From Planctomycetota bacterium (GTDB lineage: Bacteria > Planctomycetota > B15-G4 > SIAN01): DNA of 64,000 nucleotides. The stretch's first letter is position 1, and each line of letters starts with the position of its first letter. Below the pieces are notes generated by a model that saw nothing but the letters and a program-made list of their open reading frames with translations, was not told the origin of the DNA and ran no database searches. Below, one piece after another: positions 26,100 to 36,198 of this stretch. Position numbers and translations under genes: made by a program. The stretch lies in contig JANNXA010000009.1 of NCBI GenBank assembly GCA_031409275.1, positions 32,001 to 96,000 of the forward strand, written 5' to 3'.

Positions 26100-27310
26100 G
26101 GTGCGCCCCGCGATCGATGGGCGAGCCGGGCCCGTGCCAACCACAGCACCGCCGCCGCGACGGCGCCGGCCAGCGCGAACGTGGTCCGGTCGCTCGTCTG
26201 CCAGGGGGGCGCCGCGGCGACGGTCCGCTCGACCGCGCGCAACGCGACGAGGTCGGGCAGCGCGAAGAAGAGCTGCTCGAAGCGATGGGCCCACCATCGC
26301 GCTCCCTCGTCGAGCGGTGCGTGCGGATCGGCGGCGGCGCTCGCGACCGCCTCGAAAAGGGCGCGCAAATTGGCGAGCAACAACAGCAGCGCGCCGCCGG
26401 CGCAGGCCAGCAGCTCGCCAACCCACGTCGCCAGCCCGATGCCCAGCGCCGCCGCGAAGCCGATCTCCGCCACGCCGCCCGCGATCAGGCGCACCAAGGT
26501 CGGCCACCATGCGCGCGGTGCGCCGCGCAACACCACCTCGTCGAGCTCGACGCGCACGATGGCCGAGGTCGCGGTGGAGTGCCACTCGGCGCGCATCGGT
26601 GGACCCGCGGGCAGCGCGATCTTCCAGGTCGCCAACGACTCGCCCGCCGCAGGTCGCCAGAGGCGCTCGCCAATCTGCAAAGTGAAATCGGCGGGCGCTG
26701 CGCCACCGCTGCGGAGCGCGGTCGCCCACGGCACCACGATCTCGACCGGCTCCGTGGTCGCAGCGAAGTCGATCACCAGCCGCTCGCCGGGATCGAGCAG
26801 TGCCGGGCCGCGCTGCCAACGTTGCCGCGAGCCATCCGCCAGCGTCCGCTCGATCTGCAGCGGCAGGAAGCGCGGTCGCGGTGCGAGTTCGTCGCGGTGC
26901 GAACGCAAGCAGCCCGGCGCCAGCAGCACGATCCAGGCGAAGAGCGGCGCCACCCCCAGCGCGAGACCCGACGTCACGCCGAGCCAGCGGCCGAGCAGCG
27001 CCTCGCTGGCGCGCAACGGCGTGATGCGCCAGCTCTCGAACGATCCGACCCGGCGATCCTCGCCCGCTGCGTGCGCACCGGCCAACAGCGCGGCCGCGCT
27101 CGCCACGACGGCCAACAACGTCATCCGGCGTTCGAGCAGGAGGACGGCGGCTTCGTTCGCGGTCGCGGCGCGTGGGTCGGCGAGCGCAAACCACCACGCC
27201 GCGGCCAGCAGGATCGCGAGCGCCACGCCGCGTCCTGAGAAGAGGTCGCGCCGCGTCGCATGCGCCACCGCCGCCACGCGCCGCAGCGAATCGAAGCGCG
27301 CACCCCTCAT
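26096..27310 (-). CDS. ABC transporter permease-like membrane protein
   Basis: EDRRVG...ITPL...LLGRWLG (ABC-2 type) and LPDL motif. It is coupled to the ATPase gene. Confidence 0.7.
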   Translation of the reverse strand: MRGARFDSLRRVAAVAHATRRDLFSGRGVALAILLAAAWWFALADPRAATANEAAVLLLERRMTLLAVVASAAALLAGAHAAGEDRRVGSFESWRITPLRASEALLGRWLGVTSGLALGVAPLFAWIVLLAPGCLRSHRDELAPRPRFLPLQIERTLADGSRQRWQRGPALLDPGERLVIDFAATTEPVEIVVPWATALRSGGAAPADFTLQIGERLWRPAAGESLATWKIALPAGPPMRAEWHSTATSAIVRVELDEVVLRGAPRAWWPTLVRLIAGGVAEIGFAAALGIGLATWVGELLACAGGALLLLLANLRALFEAVASAAADPHAPLDEGARWWAHRFEQLFFALPDLVALRAVERTVAAAPPWQTSDRTTFALAGAVAAAVLWLARARLAHRSRGAP

Positions 27311-28050
27311 CCGTTGCCTCGCGCGCGTCGCAGCAGTTGCGCGAAACCGAGGCGCTCGCCGGTCGGACCTCGCATCAGCTCCGCGGGCGGTCCACTGGCC
27401 ACGAGGATGCCGCCGTCGAGGATGCAGAGCTGATCACCGCCGGCCTGCCCATCGAGCAGCACGTGCGACGACAGCAGGATGCTGGCGCCGGCACGCGCGC
27501 GGGCGGCCAGCGCAGCGAGCAGCAGCTCGGCCGACTCCGGGTCGACCCCGTCGAGCGGCTCGTCGAGCAGCAGCAGCTCGGCTCCGGTGGCAAGCGCTTG
27601 CGCGATGCCCACGCGGCGCCGTTCACCCTTCGAGAGCGTCGCATACGAGCGCTTCGCCAGCGGATCGAGCAGGGCCGCCGTCAGCGCCTCTTCGACGCGT
27701 GCGCGTCGCGCCGCGCCAGCGAACCCGTAGAGCGCCGCCGCGAGTTCGAGCAGTTCACGCACCTGGAGCCGCCAGGTCGCGTCGCTTGCCTCCGGCATCC
27801 ACGCGACGCGACCGCGCAGCTCCTTCGCGCCGGGCGCGTGGTCGAGCAGCGTCACCTCGCCCGCGCTCGGCAGGGTCACCCCCGCCAGCAGCCGCAACAG
27901 CGTGCTCTTCCCCGCGCCATTGGCCCCCGCCAGCAGCTGCAGCGTGCCACGCTCCATGGTGAACGAGACATCACGCAGCGCGACGCGCGGCGCCGACCAT
28001 GGCCACGGGCGGTAGCGGTAGGCGAGGTGCTGCGCGCAGATCGCTGACAC
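27307..28050 (-). CDS. ABC transporter ATP-binding protein
   Basis: GANGAGKST, LSKGERRR, LLLLDEP and SSH. Confidence 0.93.
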   Translation of the reverse strand: MSAICAQHLAYRYRPWPWSAPRVALRDVSFTMERGTLQLLAGANGAGKSTLLRLLAGVTLPSAGEVTLLDHAPGAKELRGRVAWMPEASDATWRLQVRELLELAAALYGFAGAARRARVEEALTAALLDPLAKRSYATLSKGERRRVGIAQALATGAELLLLDEPLDGVDPESAELLLAALAARARAGASILLSSHVLLDGQAGGDQLCILDGGILVASGPPAELMRGPTGERLGFAQLLRRARGNG

Positions 28051-28064
28051 GGGATCGATCGCCC

Positions 28065-28811
28065 TCAGCGTTCGCGCAACTGCTGCAGCAGCTCACGGAA
28101 ACGCGGCAGCTCGCGCAGCGAGTCGAGATCGGAGTCGGTGCTCAACGAATCGAGGAGGTCGCGGAAGCCGGCGGCGTCGCTCTGCTGCAACTTGTCGATC
28201 GCCTCATCGGGACGGCCGAGCCGCGCGAGTCCGCAAGCCTGGTTGTAGAGGCAGATGAAACGCGTGTCCTGACGCGTGGTGCGCACGATGCAGCGCTCGA
28301 AGTCGTCGATCGCATCGGCGTAGCTCTGCAGCAGATGGCGCGCGACGCCGCGTTCGAAGTAGATGCCGTCGAGCTCGGGGTCGACATCGACCGCGACGTT
28401 CAACACGCGGATCGCGGTGGCGTAGTCCGCCTCCTCGACGAGTCGATGCGCCACGTCGACCCAGTGGCGCGCGCTCGATGCGACCGGTGGCTCCGGCGGC
28501 GGCTCCAGCGCCGTCACGTCGTGCGGCAGCTCGATTGGCGACTCGCTCGGCGTCGCCAGCGCGAGATCGGCCGCGAGCGGAGCGACCGCTTGCGGGGCGG
28601 TGCCCGACGTCTCGAGCGGCGCAGCACGTTGCAGCTCGGAGAGCGCTTCGACTTCGAGACGCAACGCGCGCAGCTCATCGACGAGCCGGCTCTGCTGCTC
28701 GCGCAGGGCCGTCAGCGCCGCCGTCTCCGGCGGTGGCAACTGCGCACAGCCGCTCGTGCCGCCGTGCAGCGCCGCCGCGACCGCAAGGAGGAACGGTCGC
28801 CGAATCGCCAT
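28065..28811 (-). CDS. TPR-containing putative lipoprotein
   Basis: Lipobox-like TSGC, a coiled coil, TPRs and C-terminal YNQAC..A..G..DEA..L..GF..D.DLDSLR..PRF. Confidence 0.75.
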   Translation of the reverse strand: MAIRRPFLLAVAAALHGGTSGCAQLPPPETAALTALREQQSRLVDELRALRLEVEALSELQRAAPLETSGTAPQAVAPLAADLALATPSESPIELPHDVTALEPPPEPPVASSARHWVDVAHRLVEEADYATAIRVLNVAVDVDPELDGIYFERGVARHLLQSYADAIDDFERCIVRTTRQDTRFICLYNQACGLARLGRPDEAIDKLQQSDAAGFRDLLDSLSTDSDLDSLRELPRFRELLQQLRER

Positions 28812-28933
28812 GACTCGATCTCCTTCGCAGCCGCGCCCCAACCTCGGGCGTATGCTCGCCCCCCCGCCACGCGACCGCAACCGCGGCGATTCGTCGCCGT
28901 CGCTGCGCGCCGCCACTGCTCCGGAGGATCACC

Positions 28934-30322
28934 GTGACTCGACGCCCATTCCGCGCCACGCGCCGCGGCTCCGCCGCCCTCGCCCTGCTCCTTTGCGCCT
29001 GCGTGACCGACAAGGTCACCGGCGAGAAGCGCTTCGCTGCAATCCAATGGGACACGCAGGAGGAACAGGCGCTCGGCGACCAGTCGGCACCCAATTTCGA
29101 GCAGCAGTTCGGCGGCGCCTATCCCGATGCGGCCGCGCAGAGCTACCTCGAGAGCGTCGTGAAGGAGATGGCGAGCCACTCGGTGCGCAAGGACGACTTC
29201 GCCTACAAGTTCACGGTGCTCAACTCCGGCGAGCCGAACGCCTTCGCGCTGCCGGGCGGCTACGTCTACATCACGCGCGGGCTGCTCGAGAACCTCGGCT
29301 CCGAAGCGGAATTCGTGGCGATCCTCGGCCACGAGCTCGGCCACGTCGAGCACCAGCATTCGATGCTGCAGCAGAACAAGACGATCGCGGCGCAGGTGCT
29401 GCTCGGCGTCGTCGGCGTGGGCGAGGAGATGCTGCAGAAGGACCCCGATCAGCCGCGCTACGTCTCGGCGATCGCCGGCTACGCGGCGCCCTTGTTCCTG
29501 CTGACCTTCAGTCGCGGCCAGGAAAGCGAGTCGGACGAGCGCGGCGTCTTCTTCGCGAACGCGATGGGCTACGACCCGCGCGAGATGAAGAAGACGTTCG
29601 AGTACTTCGCGCGCCTCGAGGCCGCGGCCGGCAGCTCGACGCCGGCGTTCCTGCGCACCCACCCGACCAACGAGACGCGCATCCACGACATCGACGCGAC
29701 CATCCGGCGGACGTCCCCGCAGGTGCTCGCCAAGCAGCCGGCGCAGTTCCGCGCGCCGGCCGGTCCATCGGATCGCTTCACCCAGATCATTGCGGCGATG
29801 AAGCAGCAGGCGCCCGCCTACCAGAAGCAGGCGCAGGCCGCGAGCCTGCTCGAGAGCGGCGACGCTGCGAAGCTCGGGCAGGCGCAGCAGCTGGCCAAGG
29901 AGGCGATCGCCGCCAACCCCAGCGAGCCGAGCTTCCACAGCCTGCTCGGCGAGATCGAGTTCTCGCAGGAGAAGGGCGACCGCGGACGCGCGAGCTTCGA
30001 GAAGGCGCGCGCGCTGCAGCAGAAGGCGACGCCGAAGAAGGAATTCTGGAAGCCGCTCTTCTTCCTCGGGCTGCTCGACCTCGACGCGGGCAAGGCGGAG
30101 CCGGCGGCGGCATCGCTGCGCCGCGCGGCCGAGCTCTTCCCCGATCAACCGATCGCCCACTACTACCTCGGGCAAGCCGAGGAGAAGGCCGGCCACAAGC
30201 CGGCCGCCGTGGCCGCCTACGCCCGTGCCGCGGAACTGACGCCGGCCGACAGCCCCCTCCACCAGAAGTCGCAGGAGAGGCAAGGACAGCTGTCGTTGCG
30301 TCAGGCCCCGGCGCGGCGCTAG
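28934..30322 (+). CDS. M48 family metalloprotease with C-terminal TPRs (BepA-like lipoprotein)
   Basis: Lipobox LCAC, PNAFALPGG, HELGH, FSRGQESESD and FLRTHP. Confidence 0.92.
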   Translation: MTRRPFRATRRGSAALALLLCACVTDKVTGEKRFAAIQWDTQEEQALGDQSAPNFEQQFGGAYPDAAAQSYLESVVKEMASHSVRKDDFAYKFTVLNSGEPNAFALPGGYVYITRGLLENLGSEAEFVAILGHELGHVEHQHSMLQQNKTIAAQVLLGVVGVGEEMLQKDPDQPRYVSAIAGYAAPLFLLTFSRGQESESDERGVFFANAMGYDPREMKKTFEYFARLEAAAGSSTPAFLRTHPTNETRIHDIDATIRRTSPQVLAKQPAQFRAPAGPSDRFTQIIAAMKQQAPAYQKQAQAASLLESGDAAKLGQAQQLAKEAIAANPSEPSFHSLLGEIEFSQEKGDRGRASFEKARALQQKATPKKEFWKPLFFLGLLDLDAGKAEPAAASLRRAAELFPDQPIAHYYLGQAEEKAGHKPAAVAAYARAAELTPADSPLHQKSQERQGQLSLRQAPARR

Positions 30323-30345
30323 CCCGCTTTTTTTTACGAGCCCCG
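30319..30345. repeat. Solo MITE terminus (remnant)
   Basis: CTAGCCCGCTTTTTTTTACGAGCCCCG resembles CTAGCCCGCTTTATTCATGAGCCCCG at 55033. Confidence 0.55.
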
Positions 30346-30415
30346 CCTCGAACCGGCGGCCCGGTCGTCCGTTGAGGTCACTTTTCCCCGCAAACCCTTG
30401 TTTCAGGAGTCCGCG

Positions 30416-31381
30416 ATGAGCGTCCGTCGGTCCGTGGGTTCGTTCGCCATCGTCGGAGCCGTCGTCGCGGCGACTGCCGCGACCGTGAAGGCGCAGACTG
30501 ACGCAACGTGGCCAGAGCTGCGCTACACCGTCGCCGCAGCGCAGGACGCGATGACCATCGGACGCATCCCCGAACCGCCGCGCCAGGATCTCTCGACCGA
30601 CCCACGCGACGTCTTCCAGCTGAAGACGGTCCCGGTGACCCCCGGCGAGCTCGTCGAGGAGCAGCCGGTCGGCGAGTACAACCAGCCGCTCTGGACGACC
30701 TTCCGCCGCTTCCCGTCAACGCGCGTCTACCTGCAGACGCCGCCGGGTGGTGTGCAGTTCGAGCAGTGGTTCGAGCTGCGCAAGAAGAAGGATGGCCGTG
30801 GCGACGACGAGACGCGTCTGCGCCAGGAGCTCGAGTTCGGCCTCGGCAATCGCATGCAGCTCGACCTCTACATGCGTGAGTCGCACGTGCGTAACGGGGT
30901 CGACTCAACCTACGACATGACCGGCTATTCGGCCGAGTTGCGCTACGCCCTCGCCGACTGGGACGAGATCTGGGGCAACCCGACCCTCTACTTCGAGTGG
31001 ATCTTCAACGACGGCGACGCGGACAAGATCGAGCCGAAGCTGCTGCTCGGCGGCGAACTCGCGCGCGGCTGGCACTGGGGCCTCAACCTGATCCACGAGC
31101 GAACGCTGGCCGGACGCGACTCGCGCACCGAGGAAGAGGCGATCACCGCGTCGATCAGCCGCACCATCGTCGACAACAAGTTCTCGGTCGGCGCGACCTC
31201 GAACTTCTCCTACGAGTCGGAGCCGGGTGCGCCGCGCGAACGGACCCGCGAGCTGCTGCTCGGGCCGTCGTTCCAGTTGATCCCGCATCCGCGCGCCGCG
31301 ATCAACGTCGAACCGCTGTGGGGACTGACCGGCGAGTCGAAGCGGCTCAAGATGTTCGTCGTCTTCTCCTGGCACTTCTGA
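30416..31381 (+). CDS. Hypothetical outer-membrane beta-barrel protein
   Basis: RBS AGGAG, signal peptide, amphipathic beta strands and C-terminal VVFSWHF. Confidence 0.7.
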   Translation: MSVRRSVGSFAIVGAVVAATAATVKAQTDATWPELRYTVAAAQDAMTIGRIPEPPRQDLSTDPRDVFQLKTVPVTPGELVEEQPVGEYNQPLWTTFRRFPSTRVYLQTPPGGVQFEQWFELRKKKDGRGDDETRLRQELEFGLGNRMQLDLYMRESHVRNGVDSTYDMTGYSAELRYALADWDEIWGNPTLYFEWIFNDGDADKIEPKLLLGGELARGWHWGLNLIHERTLAGRDSRTEEEAITASISRTIVDNKFSVGATSNFSYESEPGAPRERTRELLLGPSFQLIPHPRAAINVEPLWGLTGESKRLKMFVVFSWHF

Positions 31382-31417
31382 TCGAAGGCGGTTCGTCGGC
31401 GGGGCGGTGCAGCGAGT

Positions 31418-31912
31418 TCAGTCGCTGCCCGCCCCGCAGCACTTCTTGAACTTCTTCCCCGAGCCGCACGGACAGGGATCGTTGCGGCCGAGCTTGCTGC
31501 CCGGTCGCGTGATCGGCGCGCTGGCCGCCGCGGCCGCGGTGCCGCCGATCGCCTTCAGACGGGCCGGCCACTTCGGTTCGAGCTCATCGAGGAGGCCGTC
31601 GAGCTTCCAGCTGTTCTGATTCGGTCGCGTTTCGTGCGCCCACGCCAGCAACGCGCGCACGATCGCCGGCGCGCGGGCCGAGGCGCGCTCGCCCGGTGCA
31701 AGCCGGCGCGGCAACAGCTCGAGCAGGGCCTCGCGCAGGTGCTCCTCATCGATCAGGTCGATGCGCGCGCCGATCTGCTGCTGGCACACTTCGAGGAACA
31801 TCCGGGCGACTTCGCCAGTACCAGCCGCGTCGGCCTTGAACGATTGGCCGTGGGCGGAGGACAGGAACTCCGCGACTTCGGCGCGGATGCGCGCTTCATC
31901 AGAGGCAGCCAT
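31418..31912 (-). CDS. SEC-C metal-binding domain protein
   Basis: C-terminal [21 protein letters not shown]. Confidence 0.88.
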   Translation of the reverse strand: MAASDEARIRAEVAEFLSSAHGQSFKADAAGTGEVARMFLEVCQQQIGARIDLIDEEHLREALLELLPRRLAPGERASARAPAIVRALLAWAHETRPNQNSWKLDGLLDELEPKWPARLKAIGGTAAAAASAPITRPGSKLGRNDPCPCGSGKKFKKCCGAGSD

Positions 31913-31968
31913 CGACGGAGACTCCCACGGGAAGGTCACGAGTCTAGGGTCGGAAACTAGAGGCTGGC

Positions 31969-32958
31969 ATGTCGACGAACGTCGCTCCTGTCGTCTGGAT
32001 CGGCACCAGCGAGGGGCTCTTGCGGTGGCAAGCCGGGACGCTGACGCCGGTGGTGAGCGACGTCGCCGTGACGGCGTTGGTGCGCTTGCCCGGCGGCCGA
32101 GTGATGGCCGGAACCGCCGACGGTGAACTCATCGAGTCCGATCGAACCGGGCGACCGCGGCTACGCGCGACGCTCGCAGCGGGAGCGGTGATCGCATCGT
32201 TGCTGCCGCTCGGCGGCCGCAGCGAGCGAGTGCTCGGCGGAACGGCATCGGGAGCACTCGTCGAGCTCAACGGCGACGGAGAGACGCGAGCGATCGACTG
32301 GATCGCGCCCGGCGCGCCGTTGCAGGTGGTCGGCATTCCGGGCCGCCCGCGCTCGGCACTGCTGGTGAGCGCCGGTCGCGGCGGCTGGTTCGTCACCGAG
32401 CCCGACCAGGCGCCGCAGCCCTGGTTCAACGCGGCGGACGCGCCACTTCTGGACACGACTCCGCATCCCATCGATGGCCACCTTTGGCTGGCGCGCACTG
32501 CGACTCAACTCCTGCGCTCGAACGATGGCGCTCGCACGTTCAAGCCCGTCGCCGGTTGGCCCGCGTCCTTGCGACCGCGACGAGTCGCCTTCATGAGCGC
32601 GCCGCCCTGGCACGCCTTCGCGGTGGCGTTCCCGAGCGGATCACCGCCCGACCCGGCCGATCCATCCCCGCTCTGGACCAGCGTGGACGGCGGCCAGACC
32701 TTCCACCCGATCGAGTCGCGCCGAATCGATCGCGCCCGCGATCCGGTCGGCGAGATCACCGCCATCGCCGCACTCGAGGAGCACCAACACCTCGTCGTCC
32801 TGCTCGGCACGGATCACGGCGAGCTCCTCCGATTCGCCGGGGGGCAACCTCCCGCCCACCTCCTCGCCGACCGCCTCCCCCCGATCCACCACCTCCTCGC
32901 AACCGGCACCGCTCCCCTCGTCGACCCCTCCACCTCCGGCGTCTTCCTCCTCCCCTGA
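31969..32958 (+). CDS. WD40/YVTN/BNR-like beta-propeller protein
   Basis: Asp-box motifs RSNDGARTF and TSVDGGQTF, and GT..G blades. Confidence 0.7.
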   Translation: MSTNVAPVVWIGTSEGLLRWQAGTLTPVVSDVAVTALVRLPGGRVMAGTADGELIESDRTGRPRLRATLAAGAVIASLLPLGGRSERVLGGTASGALVELNGDGETRAIDWIAPGAPLQVVGIPGRPRSALLVSAGRGGWFVTEPDQAPQPWFNAADAPLLDTTPHPIDGHLWLARTATQLLRSNDGARTFKPVAGWPASLRPRRVAFMSAPPWHAFAVAFPSGSPPDPADPSPLWTSVDGGQTFHPIESRRIDRARDPVGEITAIAALEEHQHLVVLLGTDHGELLRFAGGQPPAHLLADRLPPIHHLLATGTAPLVDPSTSGVFLLP

Positions 32959-32965
32959 CCGCCCC

Positions 32966-33212
32966 CGCTCTGCCGCCGCCAACCACCCAGCGCCCGTCCC
33001 TCCTCGCGCGCTGCTGGCGCAGCCACCCAGCGCCCCGCCTCCCCCTCTCGCGCGCTGCTGTCGCAGCCACCCAGCGCCCCGCCCTTCCTCTCGCGCGCTG
33101 CTGGCGCAGCCAGCCAGCGCCTCGCCTCCCCCTCTCGCGCGCTGCTGCCGCAGCCAGCCAGCGCCCCGCGTCCCTCTCGCGCGCTGCTGGCGCAGCCAGC
33201 CAGCGCCTCCCC
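32966..33212. repeat. Tandem array of about 43-bp palindromic (REP-like) units, 5 full copies plus 1 degenerate copy
   Basis: The core CTCGCGCGCTGCTG[G/T/C]CGCAGCCA[C/G]CCAGCGCC starts at 33003, 33047, 33090, 33134 and 33176, separated by short pyrimidine-rich linkers. Confidence 0.9.
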
Positions 33213-33235
33213 GCTCCCACCGCTGCCCCAAACGC

Positions 33236-33270
33236 AAAACGGGACGCCCAGCTTTCGCCGAGCGCCCCGT
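33236..33270 (-). terminator. Rho-independent terminator for nrdJ
   Basis: The minus strand reads ACGGGGCGCTCGGC-GAAA-GCTGGGCGTCCCGT-TTTG, a 14-bp stem with G-U pairs. Confidence 0.8.
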
Positions 33271-33283
33271 CATCACTTCACGA

Positions 33284-33326
33284 CTTCGCTTTCGTCTTCG
33301 CTTTCGTCTTCGCTTTCGCCTTCGCC
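33284..33326. repeat. Hexamer simple sequence repeat (TTCG[CT][TC]), about 7 copies
   Basis: cttcgctttcgtcttcgctttcgtcttcgctttcgccttcgcc. Confidence 0.8.
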
Positions 33327-33349
33327 GTCACGGCCCGTCGGCCGACCAC

Positions 33350-33464
33350 GGGAGGCGCAGCGCCGGTGGGTCAGCGGCTAGGAGGAGTGTCCCGAAGCTG
33401 TGTCCGAAAGGACACAGCGATGGGCGCTCCGACAACGCCGATGACCCGCCGCCGCAAGCCTCCC
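33350..33464 (+). repeat. Rod-like palindromic element (MITE-like or structured RNA)
   Basis: Nested arms GGGAGGC/GCCTCCC, GGGTCA/TGACCC and GGAGTGTCC/GGGCGCTCC, with apical GCTGTGTCC-GAAA-GGACACAGC and a TAGGA/GACAA internal loop. Confidence 0.7.
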
Positions 33465-33466
33465 CC

Positions 33467-35995
33467 TCAGCATTGGGAGTAGCCGCAACCATGGCACTTC
33501 ACGCACCCTTCCTGGAAGGCGAGCGCGCCGATCTCGCAGCTCGGGCACTTGAGCTTGAACATCTCCTTCGGCTTGAGCGGCACCGGCGCCGCCGCCGGCG
33601 TCGCGCCGTGGCCGTTGCCGTTCGCGGGCTCGACGTCATCGACCTTGGTGGCGTCGACTTCACCGAGCAGAAGCCCGCGAATGCCGAACTTGAGCTTCGC
33701 CGCAAGGTACTTGCGCAGTGCATGCGCGAGCCCGTCGGCGAGTGACTTGATCCGCCCTTCCTTGGTCGGGACCGACAAGCTCGATCCGATGCCGTCGAGC
33801 TGGCTGACCGCGAGCAGGAAGTCGCCGTTGCAGCGCAGGAACAGCGACACGATGCGGCAGATCGCCTCGAGGTCGGAGTTGGCGAGATCGCCTCCCTTGC
33901 CGAGCTGAGCGAAGACTTCGCGCTCGATGCCGGTGCTCGGCTCGACGCTGATCTTGACGTGCATGTTGCCGAACGGCGTGAACTGGCGAACGCGCACGCA
34001 CGGCATGATCTCGGGCAGAGCGATCGGCCGCATCGGCCCGATCGGCGCGAGCACCGCCGGCAACTTCGCGTCGACCGAAACGGGCTTGGCGTCGGCGCCA
34101 GCCTTGGCCCCGCTCGTCTTGTCGCTCAGCGTCTTGCCGACCTCGTCCTTCAGCGCCATCGGCTGCATCGGTCGGCTGCCGTCGCGATAGACGGTGATGC
34201 CCTTGCACTTCGTCTCGTAGGCGAGCATGTACGCCGCCTCGACCGCCGACACATCGCAGTCGGACGGGAGGTTGATCGTCTTGCTGACGGCGGCGTCGGT
34301 GTTCTCCTGCCAGGCCGCCTGCATGCGCACGTGCCAGTCGGGCGCGATGTCGCGCGCCGTTCGGAAGACGTCGCGCACGTGCGGCGACAGCAGATCGCAC
34401 TCCTGCACGGAGCCGTGCGAAGAGGCGAAGTCGATCGCGGCAGCCGAGTCGTCATCGCTCTTCATCGAGTCCTTGAGCGCCTGCTCGAAGACCGGGTTGA
34501 CCTCGGAGAGCTTCTTGCCGTCCAGCACCTGGCGCGTGAACGCGAGCGAGAAGATCGGCTCGATCCCGCCCGAGCAGCCCGCGATGATCGAGATGGTCCC
34601 GGTCGGCGCGATGGTCACGTAGTGGGCGTTGCGCGCCTTGATCTTGCGCTTCACGTCCCAGACCGACCCCTTCCAGTTCTTGAAGCAGCCGCGCTGCTCG
34701 GCGAGCTCGGCACCGACTTCCCACGCGGCCTTCTGGATGAAGCTGCCGACGTCGCGAGCGAGCTGCAGCGCCTCCTCCGAGTCGTAACGGACGCCGAGCT
34801 GGAACAGCAGGTCGGCCCAGCCCATGACGCCGAGCCCGACCTTGCGGTTCGAACGGCACGCCTCGTCGATCTCCTTGGTCGGGTAGTTGTTCACCTCGAC
34901 CACGTCATCGAGGAAGCGGATGCACGTCCGCACGACGCCCTTCAGCTTGTCCCAGTCGATGCGCTCCTTCAGCGAGCCGCGCACGGTCGGCCGGTAGAAG
35001 CGTTCGAGGTTGATCGAGCCGAGGTTGCACGCCTCGTACGGGCCGAGCGGCTGCTCGCCGCACGGGTTGGTGGCGCGCATCTCGAAGACGTGCGGCGTCT
35101 GGTTGTGGCGATTGACTTCGTCGATGAAGATCAGCCCCGGCTCGCCCGTGGTCCAGGCGCGCGTGATGACGCGGTCCCAGAGCTGGCGCACCGTCATGAA
35201 ATCGCCCTGCTTCTCGGCGGGGATCTCTTCGTAGACGGCGCTGCCGGTGCTCTTGCGCAGCACTCCGGCCTTCTTGCTGTGCGGGTCGCGGACGACGTGC
35301 AGCGCGTTCGGGGAGTTCTTCAGTCGATCCATGAACTCGTCGGTCATCGAGACCGAGAGGTTGTAGTTGGTGACCTTGCTCAGGTCGCCCTTGATGTCGA
35401 CGAACGAGACGATGTCGGGGTGATCGACCCGCATCATTCCCATGTTCGCGCCACGCCGGAACGCACCCTGCTGGATCGCGTCCGTCACCGCCGAAAGCAT
35501 CTTCAGGAAGGAAAGCGGACCATCGGTGGTGCCGCCGGACGACTTGACGATCGCCCCCTTCGGACGCAGCTGCGACAGGTCGACGCCAGTGCCGCCGCCC
35601 GCGCGTTGGACCAGCGCGATCTGGCGCGCGGTCTCCATGATCTCGGGGATCGAGTCGTTCAACGGGAGGACGAAGCACGCGGAGAGCATTCCGAGCCGTC
35701 GTCCCGCGTTCATCAGGGTCGGCGAGTTCGGCATGAACTGGCGCTCGGTCATCGTGCGCAGGAAGGCGTCCTCGACCTCCTTGATCGCCTCGGCCGAGAC
35801 GCCCCACTTCGATTCGATCGCGGCGACGGCATGCGCCACTCGCCGGAACAACTGAGCGGGTGTCTCGACGACCTTGCCGTTGTCGTCGCGATTGAGGTAC
35901 CGGTTCTCGAGGACCGTGAACGCGTTCTTCGACAACTCCACCGAGTCCTGCCCTTTGCTCGCCGCCGTGCCGATCGCCACCCCAGGTTGAATCAC
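33467..35995 (-). CDS. nrdJ: Adenosylcobalamin-dependent (class II) ribonucleotide reductase with C-terminal TSCPD-like and Zn-ribbon region
   Basis: PNSPTLMNAG, SACFV, TNPCGEQ, EACNLGS, TIAPTGT, SKTINL, KGITVYRDG and CPSC..C..CHGCGYSQC. GTG 35995 follows a GGAGG RBS. Confidence 0.95.
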   Translation of the reverse strand: MIQPGVAIGTAASKGQDSVELSKNAFTVLENRYLNRDDNGKVVETPAQLFRRVAHAVAAIESKWGVSAEAIKEVEDAFLRTMTERQFMPNSPTLMNAGRRLGMLSACFVLPLNDSIPEIMETARQIALVQRAGGGTGVDLSQLRPKGAIVKSSGGTTDGPLSFLKMLSAVTDAIQQGAFRRGANMGMMRVDHPDIVSFVDIKGDLSKVTNYNLSVSMTDEFMDRLKNSPNALHVVRDPHSKKAGVLRKSTGSAVYEEIPAEKQGDFMTVRQLWDRVITRAWTTGEPGLIFIDEVNRHNQTPHVFEMRATNPCGEQPLGPYEACNLGSINLERFYRPTVRGSLKERIDWDKLKGVVRTCIRFLDDVVEVNNYPTKEIDEACRSNRKVGLGVMGWADLLFQLGVRYDSEEALQLARDVGSFIQKAAWEVGAELAEQRGCFKNWKGSVWDVKRKIKARNAHYVTIAPTGTISIIAGCSGGIEPIFSLAFTRQVLDGKKLSEVNPVFEQALKDSMKSDDDSAAAIDFASSHGSVQECDLLSPHVRDVFRTARDIAPDWHVRMQAAWQENTDAAVSKTINLPSDCDVSAVEAAYMLAYETKCKGITVYRDGSRPMQPMALKDEVGKTLSDKTSGAKAGADAKPVSVDAKLPAVLAPIGPMRPIALPEIMPCVRVRQFTPFGNMHVKISVEPSTGIEREVFAQLGKGGDLANSDLEAICRIVSLFLRCNGDFLLAVSQLDGIGSSLSVPTKEGRIKSLADGLAHALRKYLAAKLKFGIRGLLLGEVDATKVDDVEPANGNGHGATPAAAPVPLKPKEMFKLKCPSCEIGALAFQEGCVKCHGCGYSQC

Positions 35996-36198
35996 GATGC
36001 CCCTCCCCTTTTTCGGACTCTGGCCAGCGCTGAATTCGTCATGGGGCCGAATGCGCCCCACCGTCCATAGTGCTAGCCTCGCACTATCCCGCCATTGCCA
36101 CCGGAGACGACAGCGGGCCGCCCGCCTGGCGACCCGCCGCGCTTCCATTTTTTGACCGTGCACACAAGCGTTCGGTTAGCGATCAAACTTCGATGAAG

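Noticed and set aside
24348..27962. 1204-aa plus-strand ORF, and similar long ORFs such as 40938-43928, 33959-36070, 13316-15379 and 51169-53487
   Set aside because: These are antisense shadows of well-supported genes in high-GC DNA. They are Arg/Ala/Ser-rich and carry no motifs.
33003..33212. CRISPR array
   Set aside because: The linkers are only about 10-12 nt and similar to each other, and no cas genes or leader are present. It is a tandem palindromic repeat.
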